Assembly (NCBI GenBank): GCA_012837935.1
Contig: DUQG01000018.1
Coordinates: 45,620 to 109,619 of the forward strand
Length of the DNA: 64,000 bases
Origin: Bacteroidales bacterium
GTDB taxonomy: Bacteria > Bacteroidota > Bacteroidia > Bacteroidales > Paludibacteraceae
Direction: 5' to 3'
Every line of letters starts with the position of its first letter. The first letter of the stretch is position 1. This document shows positions 19,686-27,737 of this stretch, in pieces. Under the pieces are notes generated by a model. The model was not told the DNA's origin. It saw nothing but the letters and a program-made list of their open reading frames with translations, and ran no database searches. The position numbers were made by a program, and so were the translations under genes.

Positions 19686-19755
19686 TACTGAAATTTTCTT
19701 TTTTTACTAATTAAATAGTAGGTTAGACATTATATTGATTAAAAATTTGTGGGTG

Positions 19756-19763
19756 CAAAGGTA
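19756..19763 (-). promoter_or_regulatory. -7 box TACCTTTG for rpsA
   Basis: Perfect TAnnTTTG on the minus strand, ~70 nt upstream of ATG 19685. Confidence 0.45.
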
Positions 19764-20014
19764 CAAATAATCAATGAAATAGAAAAATAATCAAAGAGTT
19801 ATTTACAAATAAAATCGTCAGAACGGTGACTGCTGTGATTTATATGACTGTTTTTGATCTAAATGGCACAATATCAGCATTTTGTTGTTATAAAGGTGTG
19901 TAACACTAAGCTATTAAAAAACAAAAGGAAAGTTAATAATAATCTTTGAAATATCTTTGGTTGTTTTCTGCATAAAAACTTGACAAAGTGTAGCTATTAT
20001 CAAAACAACATTTG

Positions 20015-20022
20015 TATATTTG
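20015..20022 (+). promoter_or_regulatory. -7 box TATATTTG for ppk2
   Basis: Perfect TAnnTTTG, 25 nt upstream of ATG 20047. Confidence 0.45.
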
Positions 20023-20046
20023 CAGAAATCATAAAATAATAATATC

Positions 20047-20919
20047 ATGTTACTCGACTTTGACAAATTTTTGATAAAGCCCAACAGCAAGGTCAACTTA
20101 AAGGATTATGACACGGCTTATACCGCCGGGCTGAAGAAAAAGGATAGTTTGATAGAATTACAAAGCAACACGGAAGAGTTGCGTGCTTTTCAAGAGCGAT
20201 TTTGGGCAGACAATCGCTACTCTATGCTTATCGTACTGCAGGCGCCTGATGCAGCAGGGAAAGACGGTGCTATTCGCCACGTAATGTCCGGTCTTAATCC
20301 GCAAGGTTGCCGCGTGTATAGCTACAAAGCACCCACTAGCGTAGAACTTAAACACGATTACCTGTGGCGCCACTATCGCGACCTGCCGGAACGTGGAATG
20401 ATTGCTGTTTTCAACCGTTCGCACTACGAAAACGTATTGGCAACCAAGGTTAATCCACAATTCTTGCTCCCGGAGCGTTTACCTTGCATCGATAGTCCCG
20501 AAAAAGCAAATCAAGCATTTTGGGACAGACGTTACGAGCAAATCAATAACTTTGAAAAGCATCTTTATGGAAACGGGTGTCGAATTATTAAGTTTTTCCT
20601 AAATCTTTCTAAAGACGAGCAAAAAAAGCGACTGCTCTCCCGACTGGACGAAAAGGAAAAAAACTGGAAGTTCAGTCCTTCCGACCTTCCTGCTCGTGCT
20701 CAATGGGATGAATATCAAAAGGCTTACGAAGAGATGATGGAAAAAACTTCTACAGACTATGCGCCGTGGTATGTAATTCCGGCAGATAAAAAATATTTCG
20801 CTCGTGTAGCTATCGGTGAAGTCATTGTAAAACACTTCAAAGAACTTGAACTGCGCTACCCACAGCCTGCAAGTCAAGAAGTGCTGGACAAAGCAAGAGA
20901 AACTTTAATGAGTGAATAG
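20047..20919 (+). CDS. ppk2: polyphosphate kinase 2 family (polyphosphate:nucleotide phosphotransferase)
   Basis: LIVLQAPDAAGKDGAIRHV (Walker A-like), YLWRHYRDLPERG, FNRSHYE motifs. Confidence 0.9.
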   Translation: MLLDFDKFLIKPNSKVNLKDYDTAYTAGLKKKDSLIELQSNTEELRAFQERFWADNRYSMLIVLQAPDAAGKDGAIRHVMSGLNPQGCRVYSYKAPTSVELKHDYLWRHYRDLPERGMIAVFNRSHYENVLATKVNPQFLLPERLPCIDSPEKANQAFWDRRYEQINNFEKHLYGNGCRIIKFFLNLSKDEQKKRLLSRLDEKEKNWKFSPSDLPARAQWDEYQKAYEEMMEKTSTDYAPWYVIPADKKYFARVAIGEVIVKHFKELELRYPQPASQEVLDKARETLMSE

Positions 20920-20961
20920 TTAAACTGTTCGAATGTTTCGAAGAGAGACGACTAAAAATAG

Positions 20962-20994
20962 AAAAAGGTATTGCAAAAATGCAATACCTTTTTT
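20962..20994. terminator. bidirectional intrinsic terminator (ppk2 / dnaJ convergent)
   Basis: AAGGTATTGCA aaaa TGCAATACCTT, 11-bp stem, with an A-run and a T-run. Confidence 0.8.
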
Positions 20995-21042
20995 GATTGT
21001 ATCATTATCATTTGTCAAACTTATCTGCATTTCTAACAAACT

Positions 21043-22206
21043 TTACTCAAACATATTTCTAAAGTGCGAGAAAAATCCCCTTGAAGCGGATGCGCTTGGC
21101 TTGAAGTTCTTTGATTTATCTAGGTTTTCAAGGATTTGTTTTTCTTCCTTCGTTACATTTTCAGGGATATAAACACCGATATTTACCAGTAAGTCGCCTG
21201 TACCATATCTGTTTACACTCGGCAAACCTTTTCCACGCAAGCGAAGCACCTTACCGGGTTGTGTGCCGGCAGGAATATTTACTTTTACTCTTCCATCCAC
21301 AGTTGGAACTTCTACCGAGCCACCCAATGTAGCTACCGGAACAGAGAGTAACAGGTTGTAAATCAAGTCGTTCTCATCACGGATAAGTTCAGGGTGTTTT
21401 TCTTCCTCTATCACTACCAGCAAATCGCCATTTATTCCGCCACGAGGTGCTGCATTTCCTTTTCCTGCTACGGAAAGTTGCATACCTTCCATCACACCTG
21501 CCGGGATATTGATGGTAATTACCTCATCTTGCTTCAACACACCATCGCCACCGCAGTGTTTACATTTATCCTTGATAATTTGGCCATCCCCGTGACAAGT
21601 AGGACATTCCGAAGTAGTTTGCATCTGTCCTAAAATGGTTTGTTGCACACGAGTAACTCGTCCGCTGCCGTTACAAGTGGTACAAGTGGTTTTTCCTGAA
21701 GCAGAAGCTGCACCTGTGCCATTACAGAACTGACAAGATACCAGTTTTTTCACCTTAATCTTTTTTTCTACGCCTGTAGCAATTTCAGCCAGACTCAGTT
21801 TCACTTTTACACGCAAGTCGGAACCTCTTCTTACACGTCTTCCGCTCTGTTGCGAGCCACCGAAACCGCCAAATCCGCCGAAACCTCCAAAGTGCCCGCC
21901 AAAAATATCACCGAAATGAGAAAAAATATCTTCCATGCTCATTCCGCCGGCACCAAATCCACCTCCGGCAGCACTACTTCCCACGCCGGCATGTCCAAAC
22001 TGGTCATAACGCTGACGCTTTTGCGGGTCGCTAAGCACCTCGTAAGCCTCTGCAGCCTCTTTAAATTTTTCCTCAGCTTCCTTATCTCCCGGATTTTTGT
22101 CGGGGTGATACTGAATGGCTTTTTTTCGGTACGCTTTCTTGATTTCGTCCTCGTTTGCCGTTTTGGAAACTTCCAATATCTCGTAATAATCTCTTTTTGA
22201 TGACAT
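21043..22206 (-). CDS. dnaJ: molecular chaperone DnaJ
   Basis: J domain (HPDKNP), G/F region, four CxxCxGxG zinc-finger repeats. Confidence 0.97.
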   Translation of the reverse strand: MSSKRDYYEILEVSKTANEDEIKKAYRKKAIQYHPDKNPGDKEAEEKFKEAAEAYEVLSDPQKRQRYDQFGHAGVGSSAAGGGFGAGGMSMEDIFSHFGDIFGGHFGGFGGFGGFGGSQQSGRRVRRGSDLRVKVKLSLAEIATGVEKKIKVKKLVSCQFCNGTGAASASGKTTCTTCNGSGRVTRVQQTILGQMQTTSECPTCHGDGQIIKDKCKHCGGDGVLKQDEVITINIPAGVMEGMQLSVAGKGNAAPRGGINGDLLVVIEEEKHPELIRDENDLIYNLLLSVPVATLGGSVEVPTVDGRVKVNIPAGTQPGKVLRLRGKGLPSVNRYGTGDLLVNIGVYIPENVTKEEKQILENLDKSKNFKPSASASRGFFSHFRNMFE

Positions 22207-22299
22207 ATGTTATTCGTTTACAGTCTTAAACAAAACAAATTGTAGCCTTCCGACAGTGCGAAAGAACTACAATTTTTACTACTAACTATTTTGGCTATT

Positions 22300-22866
22300 T
22301 TATTCACCCACCACTACTTTGGCAAAGCGAATTACCTTATCATTCAGCGTGTAACCTTTTGTTGTACAATCAATGATTTTTCCTTTCATATCTTCGGATG
22401 GAGCAGGGAAGGTGGTTACAGCCTCGTGCATATCCACATTAAACACCTCGTTTTCGGTAGGAATGCTCTTTACGCCGTTGCTGTTCAGGAAGCTGATAAC
22501 TTTATTATAAATCAAATCTACACCCTCTTTTACGGCTGCCACATCTTCAGCAGAATCCATAGCCTCCAAAGCACGTTCAAAGTCATCCACCAAAGGCAGC
22601 ATATCGCTAAAGATTCGCTCACCGGCATTTTTAATTAAGTCAGCCTTCTCTTTTAAGGTGCGTTTGCGATAATTGTCAAATTCAGCCATCAGACGCAAAT
22701 TTTTATCGTTTAAATCATGACATTTTTGCTGCCAATCTTCAGTAGTTTCATCTTTGTCCTTTGCTTCTATCTCTTCAGTTTGTGGCGTTTCCGTTTCCTG
22801 AATCATCTCTTCCTGCAAAACTTCCTCTTTAATCTCCTCTTTATTAGTCTTTTTTTTTGATTTCAT
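22300..22866 (-). CDS. grpE: nucleotide exchange factor GrpE
   Basis: Acidic N-terminus, LRL.AEFDNYRKR motif, upstream of dnaJ. Confidence 0.95.
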   Translation of the reverse strand: MKSKKKTNKEEIKEEVLQEEMIQETETPQTEEIEAKDKDETTEDWQQKCHDLNDKNLRLMAEFDNYRKRTLKEKADLIKNAGERIFSDMLPLVDDFERALEAMDSAEDVAAVKEGVDLIYNKVISFLNSNGVKSIPTENEVFNVDMHEAVTTFPAPSEDMKGKIIDCTTKGYTLNDKVIRFAKVVVGE

Positions 22867-22945
22867 ACGATTATTTTGATTTTTTACATGTCGGTTCCTA
22901 TATCTATATTATTTTTAATTTAAGTACTCTATATTTAACAATAAA

Positions 22946-22979
22946 TCTGCCAAAATATCCGAGAGCCTTATTTGGCAGA
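22946..22979 (-). terminator. hairpin after dsbD / upstream of grpE (TCTGCCAAA...TTTGGCAGA)
   Basis: 11-12 bp imperfect stem. A third direct copy, ATTTTGGCAGA, lies at 22989-22999. Confidence 0.45.
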
Positions 22980-23029
22980 GTTCGAGACATTTTGGCAGAA
23001 ATGTTTAAGTATTAACCAGTTTCAAAAAA

Positions 23030-25036
23030 CTATTTTTTATCCAGCCATTTTAAGAAATCAGCCGGATCTTCTTGGAATTCCAAAAACTTCGTCATCGGTT
23101 TTCCTTTTGCATCAAGCATTACGTAGAACGGCTGCGCATTGGCACCGAATTTATAGCGTTGCAGATAGCTCCACTTGTCACCAATGGTTTTAATGCGACG
23201 AGTTTTGCCGCTTTCTTCCACGGTGTATGGATTGGTAAGTTCTCTTTTATCATCCACGTAGAGTGAAATCAGCACAAAGTCATTATTCAATATGTCTGCC
23301 ACGCGCGGATCGGTCCATACTGAAGCTTCCATTTTACGACAGTTTACACATCCGTAGCCTGTAAAGTCCACAATTACAGGCTTGCCATGCTGTGCGGCAT
23401 ATTGCATTCCAAGCTCGTAGTCTTTGAATTTCGGATGAACTTCGTTTTCATAGAGATTGAAATCTTGCGTGTAAAGCGGTGGTGCAAAGGCACTGATTGC
23501 TTTCAGCGGCGCACCCCAAAGTCCCGGTACCATATAAACGGCGAATGCAAGCGATACAATTCCCATAAACAGTCCGGAAACAGACGTATGTTTCGTTTCA
23601 GAATCGTGCACAAAACGGATTTTTCCAATCAGGTAGAAACCAAGAAGTGCGAAAATCACAATCCAAAGCGCTACAAAGGTTTCACGGTCAAGTAATCCCC
23701 AACCGTAAGCCAAGTCGGCGACAGAGAAGAACTTCAGCGCTAAAGCCAGCTCCAAGAAAGCAAGAACTACTTTCACTTTGTTCAACCATCCACCTGATTT
23801 CGGCATACTTTGCAATAAAGATGGGAAAAACGCAAAAAAGCTAAACGGCAGTGCCAAGGCAATTGCAAATCCAAGCATTCCGACAGCTGGACCAAGGTAC
23901 GAACCGGAAGTAGAAACTTCTACCAACAGTGTTCCGATAATAGGTCCGGTACATGAGAAGGATACCAACACAAGTGTAAATGCCATAAAGAGTATGCTTA
24001 CCAATCCACTGGTAGCGTCGGCTTTTGCATCCATTTTGTTTGCCCAAGATGCCGGAAGAGTAATTTCGAACACTCCAAAAAAAGAGATAGCAAAAACTAC
24101 CAGCAAAGCAAAGAACAGCAAGTTAAATACAGCGTTGGTAGCCAAGCTATTTAGTGCGCTCGCACCAAAAATAGCAGTTATTAACAATCCCAAAGAAACA
24201 TAAATCACAATAATTGCCAAACCATAAGTTACCGCATCACGACGACCTTTTTTCTTATCTTTATTTCTTTTTAAGAAAAAGCTTACAGTCATCGGAATAA
24301 TCGGCCAAACGCAAGGTGTAAAGAGCGCAATCAATCCACCCAAAAAGCCCATAATAAAGACCCAAATCAGTGTGCGGTTAGCAGCATTTTTTTCTTCACC
24401 AAAGGCTCTTAGCTCTTCAATTACTGGCGTCCAAAGTTTGGTAATATCTACATTGGTTGCAGGCTGAATGGCTAGAGCTGCTGTGTCTGATAGAGCCACG
24501 GTATTTGCATTCAGTACGGGCAAAGCAGGTGCAGTTTCCTGACTTTCTGCTTGTGTAGTAACTGCTTCAGCAGGTTTTACGCCGGGTTTCCCTAAGCTTA
24601 ATTCCTCTTCTACAGGCGGCAAACAGCTTTGATCATTACAAGTCATATAATTTACCACCACATTAGCGTACACGGCAGCAGGATCTGTGAAGGATATTTT
24701 TTGAACAAAAATAGCCTCGCCCTCATACCAGTTCAGCGTCATGTCGAAGTTTGGATCGTATGATTCAACCAATTTCGACTTTGCTTGAAGGGAACCTACT
24801 TTTTTTGCATTTTCCAACTTATCAAATGTGATTTTGGTAGGCAGCGGACCATCTTCAGGAATATTCAGACCGTACAGATGCCATCCTTTATTTAATTTAG
24901 CTCGAATAATAATGTCGGCAGTAGTTTTTGAAGTTGATTTTTGCTCAACACTCCAAGTTACCGGCTCGAGAATTTGTGCAAAACCCTGCACGGCAAATGT
25001 GAATACGGCTAATAGAATAATTAATTTTGTTCTCAT
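23030..25036 (-). CDS. dsbD: thiol:disulfide interchange protein DsbD family
   Basis: Signal peptide, N-terminal domain, TM core with FTPCVWPIIP and FSCTGPIIG, C-terminal thioredoxin fold GYGCVNCRKME. Confidence 0.85.
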   Translation of the reverse strand: MRTKLIILLAVFTFAVQGFAQILEPVTWSVEQKSTSKTTADIIIRAKLNKGWHLYGLNIPEDGPLPTKITFDKLENAKKVGSLQAKSKLVESYDPNFDMTLNWYEGEAIFVQKISFTDPAAVYANVVVNYMTCNDQSCLPPVEEELSLGKPGVKPAEAVTTQAESQETAPALPVLNANTVALSDTAALAIQPATNVDITKLWTPVIEELRAFGEEKNAANRTLIWVFIMGFLGGLIALFTPCVWPIIPMTVSFFLKRNKDKKKGRRDAVTYGLAIIVIYVSLGLLITAIFGASALNSLATNAVFNLLFFALLVVFAISFFGVFEITLPASWANKMDAKADATSGLVSILFMAFTLVLVSFSCTGPIIGTLLVEVSTSGSYLGPAVGMLGFAIALALPFSFFAFFPSLLQSMPKSGGWLNKVKVVLAFLELALALKFFSVADLAYGWGLLDRETFVALWIVIFALLGFYLIGKIRFVHDSETKHTSVSGLFMGIVSLAFAVYMVPGLWGAPLKAISAFAPPLYTQDFNLYENEVHPKFKDYELGMQYAAQHGKPVIVDFTGYGCVNCRKMEASVWTDPRVADILNNDFVLISLYVDDKRELTNPYTVEESGKTRRIKTIGDKWSYLQRYKFGANAQPFYVMLDAKGKPMTKFLEFQEDPADFLKWLDKK

Positions 25037-25174
25037 AATTTGCGCTCTAATTGTTTTATTATGGTTCAAACATCAATACATGAAGTTTTGTTCATATGTT
25101 GCGTTATTTTTTTAATATCTAAGTATTATTTTACAAATCGATTGCAAAATTACAATAATTATTTTAACCAACTA

Positions 25175-25207
25175 CAAAAAAAGACCAAAAGCATCGCTTT
25201 CGGTCTT
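25175..25207 (-). terminator. intrinsic terminator ending the TonB-receptor locus
   Basis: AGACCAAAAGC atc GCTTTCGGTCT (10/11 bp) followed by T7 on the minus strand. Confidence 0.75.
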
Positions 25208-25227
25208 ATTCTTATCAAATTGAATTT

Positions 25228-26703
25228 TTATTTTACAATAAAGTTTTTCACTTCCCAAGTCCCTGCTTTGGTATTTGTAGCTTTATACACCAAGGCAATT
25301 TTGATTTTCTTACCTTCAAAATCAGCAAGTGAGAAATCACCCACATTTACAAATATCCAATCCGTTCCGTCTTTAAAATTCGTTGGAACTTGTACCCAGT
25401 TAGCAGTAGAAGGTAGTCCTGATACATAATTTTCAGACACCCAAACCGTAGCATCCTGAGCTGCATTTGCATTGTAGCGTAGTGCGTGGTCGAAAGTCAT
25501 TCTTACATTGGTTTTTCCGGTCAAGTCAATTTCCGGTGAAATAAGCCAATCCTCATTTTCTCTATTTTCACGACTTACATAACCCATAATATAAGCACAT
25601 TTATATTGACTGTTGTAAACCCACGTTTCCGCACCTAAAACGCTTTGTGTAGTAAAGTTGCCTAAACTCGTTGCAAAAGTTTCATAAAATATTGCATCGG
25701 CCGGATCAAATGGCTCAACTCCACCTGTAGTTCCATCTTCCAATATATAGTACGATACATTTTTCAAACCGGAAATTCCGAAGTATTTGGCAAGGTCGCC
25801 ATAAAGACTTACGCGCTTGCCAAGCAACTCTTTATGGTCTTTTAAGTTTAGACCATCGCGGACAGCGCCTGCAGGTAGTTGCACTGCAATGCTTTGGCTC
25901 AAATAGGTGTTTTCCGGCGTATCTGCAATCAGTAGGTTGAGGTTTTGCGTACAAGTATCTGCTCCAAAGATGTAATCAGTAGGATACCACACATAGCCAA
26001 CTATTAATCCGTTCACCCATTTTCCAGTCTGATTTTGACTTCCAATTCCGCCAGCTACAGTATAAGGCTCTTTTGCCGTTCCTTTTCCATAATTCACCTC
26101 TACAACAACAGCCTCACCGCTTGAAACTACAAAGTTTTTCACTTCCCATGTTCCTGCTTTATTGGCAGTGGAGATATATTTGAAAGCAATGTGTACTTTC
26201 TTTCCAGCGTATTGGGTCAAACTTATTTGTCCGGAACTGCTAAATTCCCAAGCACCCGGATCTCTAAATGGATTTGTTTTTAACTGTGTCCATTCTGCCG
26301 TACTTGGCAAACCGGATGTGTAATTTTCTGAAATCCACACAGTAGCTTCTTCCGCGACATTTTCAAAATAACGTGTTACATGCTCAAAAGTGAAATGGGC
26401 TGTAGTTACTTCCGTCAAATCAATTTCCGGTGAAATCAACCAGTCCTCGTTAGGTAGATTTTCTTTTGTAGCATTGATGTATCCGCTCATGATGGCATAG
26501 CCTTTCGCTTCGCCTACCCATTCTTGGTCACCAACTACGCTCTGAGTGGTAAAACCTCCCAACAACCCATTGGCAAATGTTTCAGAATAGATTTCCTTTA
26601 CTTCTTCCGGAGTATCTAAATCATAATCCACAGCATTGGTACAAGCCATAAAGCCTGCTGCTGCCACGATTGTAATTCCGTATATTAATTTCTTAAAATT
26701 CAT
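25228..26703 (-). CDS. surface lipoprotein with two homologous ~150-aa end domains (choice-of-anchor-J/MAM-like) around a central OB-like domain
   Basis: Lipobox AAGFMAC. Duplicated blocks ETFA..LG.FTTQSV.G...W...NEDWLISPEIDLT...ATVW.SENY.SGLPSTA.W...AGTWEVKNF.V. Confidence 0.6.
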   Translation of the reverse strand: MNFKKLIYGITIVAAAGFMACTNAVDYDLDTPEEVKEIYSETFANGLLGGFTTQSVVGDQEWVGEAKGYAIMSGYINATKENLPNEDWLISPEIDLTEVTTAHFTFEHVTRYFENVAEEATVWISENYTSGLPSTAEWTQLKTNPFRDPGAWEFSSSGQISLTQYAGKKVHIAFKYISTANKAGTWEVKNFVVSSGEAVVVEVNYGKGTAKEPYTVAGGIGSQNQTGKWVNGLIVGYVWYPTDYIFGADTCTQNLNLLIADTPENTYLSQSIAVQLPAGAVRDGLNLKDHKELLGKRVSLYGDLAKYFGISGLKNVSYYILEDGTTGGVEPFDPADAIFYETFATSLGNFTTQSVLGAETWVYNSQYKCAYIMGYVSRENRENEDWLISPEIDLTGKTNVRMTFDHALRYNANAAQDATVWVSENYVSGLPSTANWVQVPTNFKDGTDWIFVNVGDFSLADFEGKKIKIALVYKATNTKAGTWEVKNFIVK

Positions 26704-26715
26704 ATTCTTAAATAA

Positions 26716-27705
26716 TTATAGATTTGAATAATTAACACTTTCCAAATAGCCCTCGAAACCTGTTCCTAAGTCGCCGAGAGTTCTCAAAGTTAATTGCCAG
26801 TCGCCGTTCTTATCCGTATAGTTCTTATACCAACCAACCAATACGGTAATGTCGCCACGATAGTTGGATGTAGGTATCGGTTTATTGGCAAATCGAGCAT
26901 ATTCACTTGTTGCAATGGCAATAGTTCCTGTACCATCCGTAATCATTCTTGTTTGAGGATAGCCTACTCCACCAGTGGAAGGTGCGAATATCATATCTTC
27001 CATCGCTATCACATTATTGTCGCCCTTAAATCCGGTAAAATAAGCATTTTTAATTTTCACCAATTTATTGGTCAAAGCGGCAGTATCAGTTTTAAAAATT
27101 TCACCGATTGTCATTGTTTCCGGTTCTATAACTTTTGGATCAGGTAATCCGTAAGCATGAATAGCCTGCTCTGCCATAAACATCGGCATACGACCCGGCT
27201 CTACCCTGTAAACCGTATCTTTGTTTACGCCTACGAGTTTAAAGCGCTTTTTATTTACGTAGCGTGATCCGATTTGTGCAGCTCCACCATATTTCCCGAT
27301 ATATAAACCGTTGCAACGTATCCATACTTTTTGCCCTAATGGATAAATGGCGGATAGTCCGGAAGCATCAATTGAAACTTTTATTGCTTGTCCATCTTTA
27401 CCTTCTTCTTGGATTACAAAATATTTATACACATTGCCTTCTACATCTGTAGATGTAACACGTCCACTTATCACCACATCTTGTTCCGATTGTATTAAAT
27501 CTGCAGTATAAAGTCCGCCTTTTTGTGTCGTATCTGAATAGGCATCATAATCAGTCATAAATTCCGCCTTCAGTTGCGCAATGGTATAAGTTGTTTCCAG
27601 CGAGTCTCCCATAATTTTACTCCAATCCATAGCGTCATATTCGGTCTTATTACAAGACAGAAAAAGAGTAGCAGGGATAATTAGATATATTAAAAACTTT
27701 TTCAT
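26716..27705 (-). CDS. lipoprotein, DUF5689-like (family recalled from memory, unverified)
   Basis: MKKFLIYLIIPATLFLSCNK lipobox, 329 aa, directly downstream of the TonB-dependent receptor. Confidence 0.5.
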   Translation of the reverse strand: MKKFLIYLIIPATLFLSCNKTEYDAMDWSKIMGDSLETTYTIAQLKAEFMTDYDAYSDTTQKGGLYTADLIQSEQDVVISGRVTSTDVEGNVYKYFVIQEEGKDGQAIKVSIDASGLSAIYPLGQKVWIRCNGLYIGKYGGAAQIGSRYVNKKRFKLVGVNKDTVYRVEPGRMPMFMAEQAIHAYGLPDPKVIEPETMTIGEIFKTDTAALTNKLVKIKNAYFTGFKGDNNVIAMEDMIFAPSTGGVGYPQTRMITDGTGTIAIATSEYARFANKPIPTSNYRGDITVLVGWYKNYTDKNGDWQLTLRTLGDLGTGFEGYLESVNYSNL

Positions 27706-27737
27706 TGTTCTAACTTGTTTAATGTTTTTAGCCATAA

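Noticed and set aside
22207-23029. Searched the grpE-dnaJ and clpB upstream regions for CIRCE (TTAGCACTC-N9-GAGTGCTAA) or other known heat-shock operators.
   Set aside because: No CIRCE-like inverted repeat was found in either region. Only the motifs reported in the findings are present.
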